A stretch of 63,674 nucleotides of DNA, filler included, from Octopus bimaculoides (GCF_001194135.2; 7 parts of 7 records of this genome joined end to end with filler, not necessarily neighbours in it), one strand, 5' to 3'; positions 25,213-39,820 are shown, counted from the whole stretch's first letter. Notes: generated by a model from the letters alone, not told the origin. Made by a program: numbers and translations.

Positions 25213-26159
25213 NNNNNNNNNNNNNNNNNNNNNNNNNNNNNNNNNNNNNNNNNNNNNNNNNNNNNNNNNNNNNNNNNNNNNNNNNNNNNNNNNNNNNNNN
25301 NNNNNNNNNNNNNNNNNNNNNNNNNNNNNNNNNNNNNNNNNNNNNNNNNNNNNNNNNNNNNNNNNNNNNNNNNNNNNNNNNNNNNNNNNNNNNNNNNNNN
25401 NNNNNNNNNNNNNNNNNNNNNNNNNNNNNNNNNNNNNNNNNNNNNNNNNNNNNNNNNNNNNNNNNNNNNNNNNNNNNNNNNNNNNNNNNNNNNNNNNNNN
25501 NNNNNNNNNNNNNNNNNNNNNNNNNNNNNNNNNNNNNNNNNNNNNNNNNNNNNNNNNNNNNNNNNNNNNNNNNNNNNNNNNNNNNNNNNNNNNNNNNNNN
25601 NNNNNNNNNNNNNNNNNNNNNNNNNNNNNNNNNNNNNNNNNNNNNNNNNNNNNNNNNNNNNNNNNNNNNNNNNNNNNNNNNNNNNNNNNNNNNNNNNNNN
25701 NNNNNNNNNNNNNNNNNNNNNNNNNNNNNNNNNNNNNNNNNNNNNNNNNNNNNNNNNNNNNNNNNNNNNNNNNNNNNNNNNNNNNNNNNNNNNNNNNNNN
25801 NNNNNNNNNNNNNNGTGTGTATGTATGCGCGCGCGCGTATGTGACTTTGTGTATAATTTTGTCCACCATTACCGCTTTTCGATCGGTGTTAGTGACCGAG
25901 AGAATAAATACCAGGCTTTAAAAAATAAGCCCTTGAGTCAAGGTGTTCGACTAAATCCCTTCAAAGCGGTGCCCCCGGATGAGTGCAGTCAAATGAATGA
26001 AACAAGTTAAAGATAAAAGATGCATAAAACAATAATACTAAAAGATACTATTGATATATCTTATCAAAACATAACGCCCTACAAACCGTAGGTAGACTGA
26101 GTTGCGATCTATTAGGCAATACAAATATACTGAAGTAATCATATAATGAAAATTTACTA

Positions 26160-26219
<60 letters not shown>

Positions 26220-26222
<3 letters not shown>

Positions 26223-26935
26223 AGCACTATACTGGCAGCGCAAGACCAAGATTTGGGCACTAACTGGAGGGTCAGCCTGAGGAATGAGCAAGTGTCTCCG
26301 CTGTGCCGCATCTGTAATAAAGTCGATGAAACCGTTGCCCATATCACGAACGAATGCCCTAGACTTACCTAAAATCACAAAGTTGTGGTGACACGATGAC
26401 GTAGCAAAAGTGCTACATTGGATACTGTGCGAAAAGTGAGGGCTAGAGAGAGACAAGATGTGGTATAAGCACAAACCTCAGAGAGTGGCAGAGTCGGAGT
26501 TTCCTAATCCAAACAGATCAGGTGGTAGAGCATAATCGACCGAACCTAGTGGTGGACGACAAGATACACCACATATGCTATATAGTTAATATTGCATGCC
26601 CCTTTGACCGACAAATAGTCAAGAAAGGTGAAAAAATAGATAAATACAACCCGTTTAAGTACGAAATAGCTCGGCTATGGAAAATGAAGAAGGTGAAGAT
26701 AGTGCCAATCATTGATGGTTCCCTGGAGACAATATCAGAAGGCATCAAGAGGAATATCAAGGAAATTGGAATAGAGTGCCCAGTAGGACTATTACAAAAT
26801 TGTGCCTCCTTGGTACGGCCAGAATAATGAGGAGTATTAGATAGTTGAAAAGAACAAATAGCATGGTACTCTAGGCTGCAGGCAGCAATCCCGCTACGCA
26901 TACAAGTCTCCAGTAGTTCCAAGATAAAACGAAAT
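26220..26935 (+). mobile_element. R4/Dong-clade non-LTR retrotransposon 3' end inserted in (AAT)n
   Basis: CRICNKVDETVAHITNEC (CCHC), RHD, HNRPNLVV, KYNPFKYEIARLW, VPII.GSL. (AAT)n arrays flank both sides. Confidence 0.88.
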
Positions 26936-26941
26936 AATAAT

Positions 26942-27011
<70 letters not shown>

Positions 27012-27012
<1 letters not shown>

Positions 27013-27170
27013 GTTGGATGCTAAAACTTGTTGAAAAATATGAAAGACCGAGAAAACTTCACTCTATTCTGAAAGAGAGCAAAAATTTGGCTACTAATCT
27101 CTTATATACCTACCAGATTGATCAGGTTGAAGGAAATGCGCCAACAACTACTGCTGCAAAGAAAATAATC
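27012..27170 (+). mobile_element. Possible further R4/Dong ORF fragment
   Basis: MLKLVEKYERPRKLHSILKESK resembles the region upstream of the KPLxGKY block. Starts directly after (AAT)n. Confidence 0.4.
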
Positions 27171-27322
27171 ATCCATTCTTTCTTAAATAGGTCCTCTTAA
27201 TTTTTTCCTTCTGTGGAACTTANNNNNNNNNNNNNNNNNNNNNNNNNNNNNNNNNNNNNNNNNNNNTTAATTAATTAANNNNNNNNNNNNNNNNNNNNNN
27301 NNNNNNNNNNNNNNNNNNNNNN

Positions 27323-27353
<31 letters not shown>

Positions 27354-27586
27354 TATTTATATATATATATATATGTATTTATGTGAATATATATATCTAT
27401 ATATATATATATATATTATATACATGTATATATATATATGATACATATATACATATATATATGTACATATGTATATATATCACATATAAGCATATACGTA
27501 TAGATATATAATATATAATGTATATGTATATGTATACATCAATATATATATATATATATGAATATATACATATATCCACACATAGC

Positions 27587-27618
<32 letters not shown>

Positions 27619-27655
27619 AAATATATATATGCACACACACACACACACACACACG

Positions 27656-27694
<39 letters not shown>

Positions 27695-27707
<13 letters not shown>

Positions 27708-27793
27708 TCTGTCCGTTTGTGTTTTTGTTTGTTTGTTAGTCCACCAAAATGAAAATAAATGGTTCGTGGGAAGATATTATGTATATGTATATC

Positions 27794-27832
<39 letters not shown>

Positions 27833-28156
27833 CTACATATATATATAAAAGAGACATTCTGTCTGTTTGTGTGTTTGTTCATTTGTTTGTCCACCAAAAT
27901 GAAAGTAAATGGTTCAAGGGAAGCTGTTATGCTTTTCTCTATCTCCTACTTTGCTATTGCATAATTTGTCTCCACAAAATTTATGCAATGGTACAACACT
28001 AGTTGTGCACAAACCTATGAGAAACTGCATTGAAGCAAGTATTCTCATTGTTCTTGATAAAGGTGATACTGTCTCCGTTCCTCACATACCAGTTATACCA
28101 CCTGATGTCTCATTCCAACTTAAGCAGTTGCAGTTTCCTATCCCACTTACCAAGCT
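27695..28156 (+). mobile_element. Non-autonomous Helitron with duplicated 5' end and PIF1-like helicase fragment
   Basis: atatataaaagagacattctgtctgtttg 5' block occurs twice (~27695, ~27840). LLLHNLSPQNLCNGTTLVV...IPVIPPDVSFQLKQLQFP is the Helitron helicase C-terminal motif. Confidence 0.8.
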
Positions 28157-28600
28157 NNNNNNNNNNNNNNNNNNNNNNNNNNNNNNNNNNNNNNNNNNNN
28201 NNNNNNNNNNNNNNNNNNNNNNNNNNNNNNNNNNNNNNNNNNNNNNNNNNNNNNNNNNNNNNNNNNNNNNNNNNNNNNNNNNNNNNNNNNNNNNNNNNNN
28301 NNNNNNNNNNNNNNNNNNNNNNNNNNNNNNNNNNNNNNNNNNNNNNNNNNNNNNNNNNNNNNNNNNNNNNNNNNNNNNNNNNNNNNNNNNNNNNNNNNNN
28401 NNNNNNNNNNNNNNNNNNNNNNNNNNNNNNNNNNNNNNNNNNNNNNNNNNNNNNNNNNNNNNNNNNNNNNNNNNNACCACCACCACCACCACCACCACCA
28501 CAACTACTATCGCCGCTATCGCCACTAAACTAATTTCGTATTACCACTATTACAACAACTACCAATTACCAGCACACGAACATAGTAGCACCACTACTGC

Positions 28601-28637
<37 letters not shown>

Positions 28638-29222
28638 CCAAAGACAACAACAACAACAACAATGTAAGCAATTGCAACAATATCCAGTATTTCTTATACG
28701 AACACAAAAATCACTATAATTTACCCTCGCCCCCCACTTCTTCTCACTGCCACCCACCTTCTCTCAAACCCCATCACCACCACCACCACCATTACCATCA
28801 CACACACACACGTTTCTTTCCTCTTCACATTCGTACCATTGCTAAACATAAACCATTTCTTTCTATTGGAATTTATTATGTTTCGAAAACTCTAAGACTG
28901 GAACTTTCCAGTAATGTCAATTTGTAAGCCTTCATTTTCTTTCTTTCTTTCTTTCTTTTTTCTCTTTCTTTTTTCTTTCTTTCATTTTTTTTTTACATAC
29001 TTACTCTTCCCCTGTCTCCTCCCACCTCACCTCAGCCCTCCCATCTCCCAACCCTCACACACACACACACACACATACATTCACATCAGCTGCCATTTTA
29101 CTTCCTAAATTACAAAAGTCAGAATATATATCTAAAGTATATTCCGAATTATTGCACTGACAAAAAAATGGCACAATCAAGTGTAAATGACTGACTTTAT
29201 CAATGATGATTCACTCCTCACA

Positions 29223-29257
<35 letters not shown>

Positions 29258-29379
29258 TACACACACACACACACACANNNNNNNNNNNNNNNNNNNNNNN
29301 NNNNNNNNNNNNNNNNNNNNNNNNNNNNNNNNNNNNNNNNNNNNNNNNNNNNNNNNNNNNNNNNNNNNNNNNNNNNNNN

Positions 29380-29439
<60 letters not shown>

Positions 29440-29494
29440 CATGTGAGTGTTATTAATGTAAATTTATTATATATATGATCAATATTTGTATATA

Positions 29495-29700
29495 CTAAAG
29501 CAGCGAGTTGGTAGAGTTGTTTGCACGCTGGGCAAAATGCGTAGTGGTATATCATCTGTCTTTACATTCTGAGTTCAAATTCCACCAAGGTCAACTTTAC
29601 CTGTCATCCTTTCAGAGTCGATAAATTAGGTACCAGTTTCGTACTGGAATCGATCTAATCGACTAGCCCCCTCCCCCAAAATTTTGGGCCTTGTGCCTGG
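29495..29700 (+). mobile_element. SINE family 2 copy, followed by an antisense family 1 tail
   Basis: ctgagttcaaattccaccaaggtcaacttt...ttttgggccttgtgcc. Confidence 0.8.
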
Positions 29701-30534
29701 AGTACTTTTTTACTCTTTTACTTGTTTCAGTCATTTGACTGCTGCCATGCTGGAGCACCACCTTTAGTCGAGCAAATCGGCTTAAGTATAAGTTTGGTAA
29801 AGTGAACATATATTTGCAAGCTGATTTAATTTCTGCCAACACTGACTTCAAGTATGTAATTGCAGCCAATAACTTGAGCTCCTTTTATTGAGCCTGATAG
29901 TGGTTCATTTATTTTTGTTCAGCATCTGGCAATTGTTTTAGAATGCCCTATATCAAAAAATATCATTTGTTGCAGGCATTCTCTCGACAACATTCATACG
30001 CGCCTGACTCAAGCTCAGAAGTTACAGCCCAAGTTGATATCTATAATTATAAAAATTGAAAGTAATTCAAATTCAATGTTTTCTTGAAACATTAAATTTC
30101 TGTAGAGATTAGGATTTAAATTCCCATCTATGGAAAAATTCTATTCTAGAATATTCTTCAAGGGACGAAAAATTATCCTGCAACTCGGACTACTACGAAT
30201 GAGCCTGGTAGGTGTAAAGGACTAACTGGCATCTCTTGTCAAGTGAACCAGCGACAGTCAGATTGTTGATGTTTGTTTTGCTCTCCGGTGTTGTTATCTA
30301 ATTGCTTATTATTCTGTGCGTCTGTGTGTAATGATAAGTTGTATTTTGCAGGGTTGTTTTATTTTTACTCTTGACTTAGAAATGGAGAAAGACATAGTGC
30401 TAGATATAAAAAGTAAGCCATCTGGGGCTAAAAAAAATTGCTGAAATGCATGAAATTCTTCGAGCAGGTGTGTCTTATTCAAAATCTGTGATGAGCCCAA
30501 GTGATGATGCTGATGACTTGGCATCGCCTCTGAT

Positions 30535-30577
<43 letters not shown>

Positions 30578-30749
30578 TGGAGACATTCCTCCATGTGATC
30601 AAATCAAAAAATTGTTAAGTCGTTGAGATATTTCATACATGAAACCAATGGTTGCCTTAATACACAAATAAAGAATTTTCTTTCCACCAATCCAGTCTTG
30701 AGCACTTATTCTCATTGTTTGACATTTTCACACACACACACACACACTC

Positions 30750-30802
<53 letters not shown>

Positions 30803-30912
30803 GATAGATAGCTATTTATGCACAGGCTAATACATGCATATATAAAGAAGTCAGTGAGCAGATGGAGACAAGGGAGCAAAAGGAATCAAATAATACATTC
30901 ATTACCAAGTTT

Positions 30913-31190
30913 TTAACCCTTTTTGACGCCAACCAGCCTGATACCATCCCCCATTCTCTGATACATGACTTTTCAATTTAAAGAATTCCTATTTAGAATT
31001 TATTTCTTTCATCATAATTTCTATATTAGAGCCTTTTGATAAATTTTGCTACGTTCCAAACATCAACTTAATAAATGAGCAAACATTAGTTATTTTACTT
31101 AATCCTGCTAAACTCTCGATTATTTTCAAAATTAATTGAAAAATATAGACTGCGTATTTTCCATTAGAAACAGAGCCATGAAAGTGTTAA
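30913..31190. mobile_element. piggyBac-like MITE
   Basis: TTAA-CCCTTT at the left end and AAAGTG-TTAA at the right end. ~270 bp, non-coding, AT-rich. Confidence 0.6.
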
Positions 31191-31638
31191 TAAATAATAA
31201 AATTACTGTGTGATGAAAACAGCTTTAAATTAGCACACTAAATACCGGTTTAAACCATTTACCATTGGCAGACAAAACCCGACTGGCATATATTGTTTTG
31301 GAGTGTATTTTATTTTTAAAGTGAAAACAAAACAGTAAATAAAAAAATAAAGAAAAACTCAATGAAATGTGAAAATAAAAAGTTAAATTTTTATAAAAAT
31401 GAAGAAACATTTTATTATAACCATTTTTTTTATTCATTACTTTTTGATTTTTTAAATTTTTTTTTCAAAAAAAAACAAGCTTCTAAATTTTCCTATAAAC
31501 AACATTTTCCAGTGTTTGTTTAGAATGTGAAGAATTAAGCAATGATATGATGATTGCTCTCCTTCTCTTTCTTGCTATTAATAATGGTAATTATTACTGT
31601 TGTTGTTATTATCATTATTATCATTTTTATTATTATTA

Positions 31639-31669
<31 letters not shown>

Positions 31670-33299
31670 CATCATTATTGTTATTTTTATTATGCTGTCA
31701 TTTTTAGTATTTGTTGTTCGATATTGTTGTTGATGTTGCTATTGCTGTTGTTGTTGTTGTTATGGTGGTGTTGTTATTGATATTATTTTGTTTATATCGG
31801 TTATCATAAAAGCTAGGAAAATATATTAATTAAACTAACAACAAAAAACAAAAAAATTGGCAAAGTAAAAAAAAACAACAAAACAAAAATAGTTGGCTTA
31901 AGTATATTTAGATTCAAAGGAAATGATTGTTCTACGTCTGTGTGTGATTACAGGAATAATAATCCGTGTGTTGTTGCATGTATGAGTATATATATGTGTG
32001 TGTCTGTGTGTGTGTGAGTGAGAGAGAGAGAGTAGGACAGAGACAGAGGCATGTTTTATGAATATGAATTTATGAGGAGGTAAAAAAGTAGATCTAAATA
32101 TACAAGAGTGTAGATATGAAAAAATATTTATTTTGAAGTAAAATTAAATGGAACTCTACCATTTTTTTTTCAAAAATGAGTGTTTTTCAATTGTCCTTTC
32201 AATTGCACTGCATACTCATTGAATAATCTGTAAGTAGTTGAGTATTTCCTGGGTACCGGTACACTGTTTGCATGGTTCATTTACTTCCGTTTTTCTATGC
32301 CAGCATGGGCCAGATGAATGTATCACTAAGGCATTAATTTTTATAGCTGGATATACTTTCTTAGTGCTAACTCTGACCTGTTTTTCCAAGTTAAGGATTT
32401 CTTTTTTATTTAATACATCTTGGAAGCTGAAAAGCAGGTTAGACATATGCATGTGCAGACGTGGCTGTGTGGGAGAAGCTTGCTTCTAAACCACATGGAC
32501 CCTGGTTCAATCCCACTGCATGGCACCTTAGAATAGTGTCTTCTACTAGAGCCTCAGGCTGTTCAGGCACTGGCATTCCAAATAGCCAGTGGGTTTATCA
32601 AAAAATAATTAAGAATGGCAGAAGCTGTATTGATACCAAAAAGATAATTTAGATCTCCAGAAAACCATAACAGTGTGAAATCATATATTCTGGTAGTTCT
32701 GATGGCCATGGTAGATGATTCGCATCTGCCAATGATATAACTGTATGTGCTTTTATGCACCATGAATCCATATGAGAAATTGTTTCAACGTAAATACCAC
32801 ATTATTCTGTGTTCTAACACAGCCTCCATGTTTAGTTTGAGATCAAGATTACCCTTTGGTATTAATGCTTCTATGATTATTAATTATTTGATAAAACACA
32901 CACACACACATATATGCATTATTTTGAAGGATTTTTGCATTTTGCATTAATGCAGACATGTAAGTAATTTATTTATTATTGAATCTAATAATATAAATTA
33001 GTTACATTTTTTAAGTTACGAAACAATTTATGATGATGTTATAATTTTCTAATTGTTAAATGAAAATTCATCAAACCAAGAAGAAGAGCAACAACAACAA
33101 CAACTCTGGAAGACATTATCAGGAATGGAGAAGTAGTACAGCCTGCATAGAAAGCAATGGAAAGACAATATCAGAAGGTGGTTGGATGGTTGGAGAAGAG
33201 TGGCAAAGCAGCTGGAGAAATCATGCTCAGTCAGGAAGACTTTGATTGTAGCATCTTCAATGCACTGCAGGTATATGATAACTTTGATAGGTTTTGGCC

Positions 33300-33840
33300 A
33301 GTATAGACCCAGGCCATGTCTAACTCAATAGCGCCACCTGGTGAAGTCTTTTAGTCATGTATGGGGTACCAAGGCCTACTCTAGCAAAGAGTTATTATTG
33401 TTGGAGACATATTCAGGTGCAGGAGGTTGGTCCGAGATTTTTTGAAGAAATTTATCCATTGAACATTTGAATTTTATGGGATCCGTTTCTGTTTTGACAT
33501 ATTTTGGTATGGTATTAAAGAGAGCTGAACTGGTTGAGGTAAAGTAATTGTGACGTAATGTTGCTATGTGTACCGAGTTTGAGACAGCATGGGGGCCAAC
33601 TCTTGGATTTATTTTTAAATTGATGCCAACATCATTTGTGCAATATTGATGGAATATTTTCCACAAATGATGTAGCGCTCCCGGCGGCATTGGAGAGAGT
33701 AGAAATTGAGTTCTTTTAGTCAACCCCAATAACCAATGCTTCTCATGCTGTCTATCTTTCTTGTTATGGACTAACAACGATGACATAACTAATGTAGAAT
33801 ATCTAGAAATGCATGGTTTTACACCAATGAACCACAAAGA
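33300..33840 (-). mobile_element. CR1-type LINE 3' end
   Basis: LRHNYFTSTSSALFNTIPKYVKTETDPIKFKCSMDKFLQKISDQP...NNNSLLE. Related copy at 57.1-57.4 kb. Confidence 0.85.
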
Positions 33841-34246
33841 TTCGAGTAAGGAATTGGGGAAAAAAATAGATAAATAACACTGAGGAAAAATTTCTTAATT
33901 TGAAAGAAAAAAATGTTCTTTGCTGATGGAATATTTCTTGAAAGAAATTGTTTTAACCAATAGCTGCTAAATTGAAACCAAAACTCTGCAGTGTTAGCAA
34001 ATACATCTAATATTTTAATAATCCAACAAAAATCTAATTAATTGTGGCGGTGTCTTTGCACTATGTCTACTTTGCAAATTACTTGTCCTTGCTACAGTAA
34101 ATACATGTATGTACACACACACACACACACATATATATACACACATACATACACACATATATATACATGTACATGTATATATGTACATACACAGATATGT
34201 ATATATGTATATGTATGTATTTATACATCTAAATAGATAGATATGA

Positions 34247-34306
<60 letters not shown>

Positions 34307-35299
34307 GCACACACATATATATACATACATATACATACATTTATCTCGTTAATGACATAAAATAAGAGCCTTTTAACCAATTGAAAGGTAAAACTCTGAT
34401 ACTTTCTAATAACTTAATCAATTTAGTCATGAAAGGATATCAAAGTATCTAATGTAAGTTAAGGAGAAATAGGTTGCACATCTTCCACATATATATATAT
34501 ACACACATGCATATATACACATATATATACATACGCAGACATACATATATACATATGTATACTTAATTGGCTGTAAAGTAACATAAGAGATTCAAGAGCT
34601 GAAAGTTTCATGCATTGAATTTATAAAACATATCATCGTTGTTGTTTTTGTTGTTGTTGTTGTCATCATCGTTGCCACCGTCACCATTTTCATTGGCATC
34701 GTCATCATTGTCATTGTTGTTGTCACGATTGTTGCCATCTTCATCATCACCATCATCATCATAATTGCTTTAATGTCCCCTAGTCCCATTTTGCATTGGT
34801 CAGATGACATTCTTTAATCCAGATTTTCCCCTGAGTCAGATGCTCTTCCTGTTATCAACCTTTATCTGCTACTCGGTACCCAAAGATGTCATTGAAATTC
34901 TACCTCCCACTGTGGCATGATGTAGCCAAAAATAATACACGATGCCACCCATTGAAAAAAAACTCTCCAAGAATAATACAGAACAACACTTCTGTTATTG
35001 AATGATTACATATCAGAAACACAAAGAATATTTGTGGAATACCTTCCCACCAACACTTTCACAAGTGCAAACTTAGTAAATGGGAAATGGTTATTTTGTA
35101 CATAAACAAATAAACCACGCAGTCATAGAGTTGAGCTTCCTTGCAAATATGAACATCAGTGAGAAGGAGAATATTTTGAACAACTACTTTGAAACATTAA
35201 GGTCTCCCGTTCCGAATATACATTCATATTAACACATATAATCATTAGTATTCTTGAATATGTTAGTAAAGTGAAAATCTGGAAAAATCTAGTAGGAGT

Positions 35300-35660
35300 G
35301 AAGAGAAGAGAGAAATTGCAAAAGACCAGGTTGTCATTACTGAGTCGGATGTCTCGGAGGTGTTCCACAATCCAGTCAACCAAGCGGCGTCACGTTTGCT
35401 CGATGTATAGAGAAGGGCAGAGAGAGCAGGAGATGCAGTAGATGACATTGGTAGAAATGCAGGTGAAGGAGTTGGTGATATGATAGGGTCGATGATGGGT
35501 GCCAGTGAGGAGGATGGTGTTGGAGATGTAACGGCAAGTGCTGCAGCATGAGCGGGAGCAGGGGAGCAAGCCAGGTTGGGTTAGGGAAGAAGCTATGGAC
35601 CTTGTAAGTTGTGGGCTTGTTTGAAGGAGGGGAGGGGTCGGGTAAGGAAGATGTAAAACG
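35300..35660 (-). mobile_element. Penelope-like GIY-YIG endonuclease fragment (second family)
   Basis: PCSRSCCSTCRYI...FTCISTNVIYCISCSLCPSLYIEQT*RRL.D.IVEHLRDIR. Confidence 0.85.
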
Positions 35661-36477
35661 ATGATGATGATGAAGATATATATATATATATATANNNNNN
35701 NNNNNNNNNNNNNNNNNNNNNNNNNNNNNNNNNNNNNNNNNNNNNNNNNNNNNNNNNNNNNNNNNNNNNNNNNNNNNNNNNNNNNNNNNNNNNNNNNNNN
35801 NNNNNNNNNNNNNNNNNNNNNNNNNNNNNNNNNNNNNNNNNNNNNNNNNNNNNNNNNNNNNNNNNNNNNNNNNNNNNNNNNNNNNNNNNNNNNNNNNNNN
35901 NNNNNNNNNNNNNNNNNNNNNNNNNNNNNNNNNNNNNNNNNNNNNNNNNNNNNNNNNNNNNNNNNNNNNNNNNNNNNNNNNNNNNNNNNNNNNNNNNNNN
36001 NNNNNNNNNNNNNNNNNNNNNNNNNNNNNNNNNNNNNNNNNNNNNNNNNNNNNNNNNNNNNNNNNNNNNNNNNNNNNNNNNNNNNNNNNNNNNNNNNNNN
36101 NNNNNNNNNNNNNNNNNNNNNNNNNNNNNNNNNNNNNNNNNNNNNNNNNNNNNNNNNNNNNNNNNNNNNNNNNNNNNNNNNNNNNNNNNNNNNNNNNNNN
36201 NNNNNNNNNNNNNNNNNNNNNNNNNNNNNNNNNNNNNNNNNNNNNNNNNNNNNNNNNNNNNNNNNNNNNNNNNNNNNNNNNNNNNNNNNNNNNNNNNNNN
36301 NNNNNNNNNNNNNNNNNNNNNNNNNNNNNNNNNNNNNNNNNNNNNNNNNNNNNGGTGTCCCCTCCAGCTGGGGGGAACACATACGCCATAGAAACTGGGA
36401 AACCGAGGCTTGAAAAGGGCTTTAGATATATATATATAGACAGACAGATAAATTGAAAGATAAATAGCTAGCTAGAT

Positions 36478-36537
<60 letters not shown>

Positions 36538-38654
36538 ATACATTTATATATCATTATGTACTGACTTATTTAGCTATATTTCATTCAACACTGTATAACA
36601 TTTCTATAATTAACACTCACACACACGCACACACACACACACGCACACACACACACACGCATACATACACAGAGAGTCACATCGACTACATACACACACA
36701 CAGGAACGTACATATGTAAATTCTGGGAGTAAAATCAGAGGAACAAACTCTACACTCATATATACATACACACGCGCACACACACACACACACACACACA
36801 TACATACATATTGTTCCAAAAAAAAAAAGAAAAGAAATAAATAAGAGGAAGTGCAAAATTGAGTAAATAATAGTTCACATGTTTAACTGTAATTAAACAA
36901 AATTAAAGTAAGGAGTGTGTTAGATGAGTTAACGCAGGCAAAACCCAGTTGAATAACAGCTTTGTCTAATAGGCTTAAATACAAATTAGCTTCTACAGGA
37001 AGTGTTATACGAACTTGACATGATGTGGATAGTTGTGTGTGTCTGTCAGGTGTGCGAGTGGATATCATTGTGTGTGTGTGTGTGTTTGTGTGTAAAGACA
37101 CACATATGCATATACAGAAATATATATGTAGCTATATATGTAGATATATATATATATATATGCATGTGCATACATGAGCTTGAATATATACATGCACACA
37201 TACGTACATGCATATATGTATATTAAATATATATACATATATTAATGTATATCTGTGTACAATGTATAGACACACACACACACACACACACATACATATA
37301 TATATGCACATACATACACATACATACACANNNNNNNNNNTATATATGCACATACATACACATACATACACATACATATATATGAATGTATGTATATGAA
37401 TATATATATATATATGTACAGCAAGTGAGATGGAATCATTTACAATATTTATATATCTACATGCATGTGTATATATATATAAGTTTGGATATGTGTGTGT
37501 TTATGTGTGTTTGTGTGTGTGTGTGTGTATGTATGTGTGTGTGTGCACATGCATGCATGTTTGTATGTATATATGTATGAATGCATGTATGTATGTTTGT
37601 ATATGCACACAGTCACACATGTTTTATTTTAGGAAATCTGTGACTATTGAGTCCTGGCAGGGGTTTCCCCCTAACCCTCTATCGACTGGATATCTTTTTT
37701 AAAAAAAACCTTCCACAAACATAACCCAAGTACTATATAGACTACAATTATGAGATGAATTTGGCATGAAAATTTGGTGATGGGTTAGATAACTCCCAAA
37801 CTTTCATTTTGTTTCCTCATGCATTCTAATGAAGTGTGCGAATTATCCCCCACCTCTTTTTTTTTTCTGATACACCAAACTCCAATAGAATTGCAATGTG
37901 CACCATCTGAACTGCACTTGTTGAGAATTTCATTTAAAATTACTCAGTCATCACACATGTGTAGTTATGACTAAATCTGTTTAAATCTTTAGCATTCAGA
38001 TTAATCTCTCAAATGCTTTATTTATTCTTCTCATTGTTTGGAATTAATCATGGATTATCTCATAGCTTTGAGATTTTGATATTTTGTTCCATCTTTACAT
38101 TTGAGTTCAAATTCCACCAGGGTCAACTTTATGTTTCATCCTCTCAGGGTTGATAAAATAAATACATTGAGCATTGGGGTTAAATTAATTGACTTTAACC
38201 CCTTCCCCTGACTTGCTGGCCTTGTGCCAAAATATACAAATTTATATAAAACAAGGGGATTTTGACAGAGTTTAAAATTATTAAGTTTTATGTTTCAATG
38301 ATCAAATGTTCACATAAAATTCGATGAATTTCACAGTGATAGATAATATCAAAGTAAATGTTCAACAGGACTTTTTTTCATTTTCTGACAACCAAATCCA
38401 CTCACAAGACTTTGGTCAACTTCAGGCTACAGTAGAAGACACTTGCCCAAGTTGCCACAGAGTGGAAATGAACCCAAGGCCAGATCTGGCTAGATCTGGC
38501 TGCTTTAATGCTGGAGGATTCATCATTGAATTTAGACATAGCGATAGAGAGCAGAAGTAACAGCAATGTCTGGCTAGTTACAACAAAAGGTTTTGCATTG
38601 CCCATGTCCGACTATCTTACTAGGATCTCCATGTTTTCTCATTATATCTTCAAA

Positions 38655-39000
38655 TTACTCGCTGGTACCTTGGGTAAGTGTCTTCCATCATAGCCTCAGG
38701 CAGACCAAAACCTTGTGAGGGACTTTGATAGAAGGAAACTGAAAGAAGCCCCTGGTATGTATATGTGTGTGGCTGTCTTTGTGTCTATCCTTGTCTCCCA
38801 CCACTGCTGGACACCTGATGTTGGTGTGTTTTATGTCCCTGTGACTTAGCAGTTTGGCAAAAGGGCCCTGATAGATTAAGTACCATCGTTTTTTAAAAGA
38901 ATAACTACAGGGAGTTGATTCATTAGACTGAAAATTCTTCAAGGCAGTGCCCCAGCATGGCCGTGGTCTAATGACTGAAAAAAGTAAAAGATAAACAATA
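38655..39000 (+). mobile_element. SINE family 1, near full length
   Basis: accttgggtaagtgtcttc...gaaactgaaagaagccc...cccagcatggccgtggtctaatgactgaaa-aagtaaaaga tail. Confidence 0.8.
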
Positions 39001-39820
39001 AAAGATTCATAGAACGCTCATTCAAAGGAAACTCCACATGCACGCACACACGCACACACACATGCACACATATATACGTATTACACACACACACACATAC
39101 ACACATAAACATGCATGCACATACTTACACACATTCATTACATATACACACACATATATATATATATATATATTACATATATGTATGTGTATACACACAA
39201 ACAAACACACATACACACATATATATGTATGACATACACACACACACACACACGTTCAGGTGTGTGTGTATATACAAGCTAAATGTCTATTTAATAAGTA
39301 CATGGATCAAATGAGGAAGTTTCAGGTTATATTTAATATATTCCCCCTCCTCCTCCTCATCATCATCATCATCATCATCATCATCTTTCTTCTTCCACTT
39401 TCTTTCCCCCTCCCTCTTTTTGTTCATCCTTACAATTATATAGTAGTAGTAGTAGTAGTAGTAGTATTTCTATTAATAGTATCATTATCATTATTTTTAT
39501 TATTATAATCCTTATTCTGGCTTTTATTTTCGTTTTTATTATCATTGTTGTAGTTATCGTTGTTGTTATTGTTGTTATTGTTGTCGTTTCTTCTTGTTGT
39601 TGTTGCCGTTGTGTTCCGGATGTGACATCTGTTATTTATCAAATGTTTATTCGTGCTAAATACTCCTTACTAAATTTTACAAGNNNNNNNNNNNNNNNNN
39701 NNNNNNNNNNNNNNNNNNNNNNNNNNNTTAATTAATTAANNNNNNNNNNNNNNNNNNNNNNNNNNNNNNNNNNNNNNNNNNNNCCTCTTTCTTCCTCTCT
39801 CTCTTTCTCTCTGTCTGTCT

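Noticed and set aside
27267-27278. Recurrent TTAATTAATTAA palindrome
   Set aside because: Always centred in 100-bp N blocks; synthetic spacer.
30350-30470. Plus-strand MEKDIVLDIK exon candidate
   Set aside because: Needs a homopolymer frameshift to extend, has no homology, and no partner exons were found.
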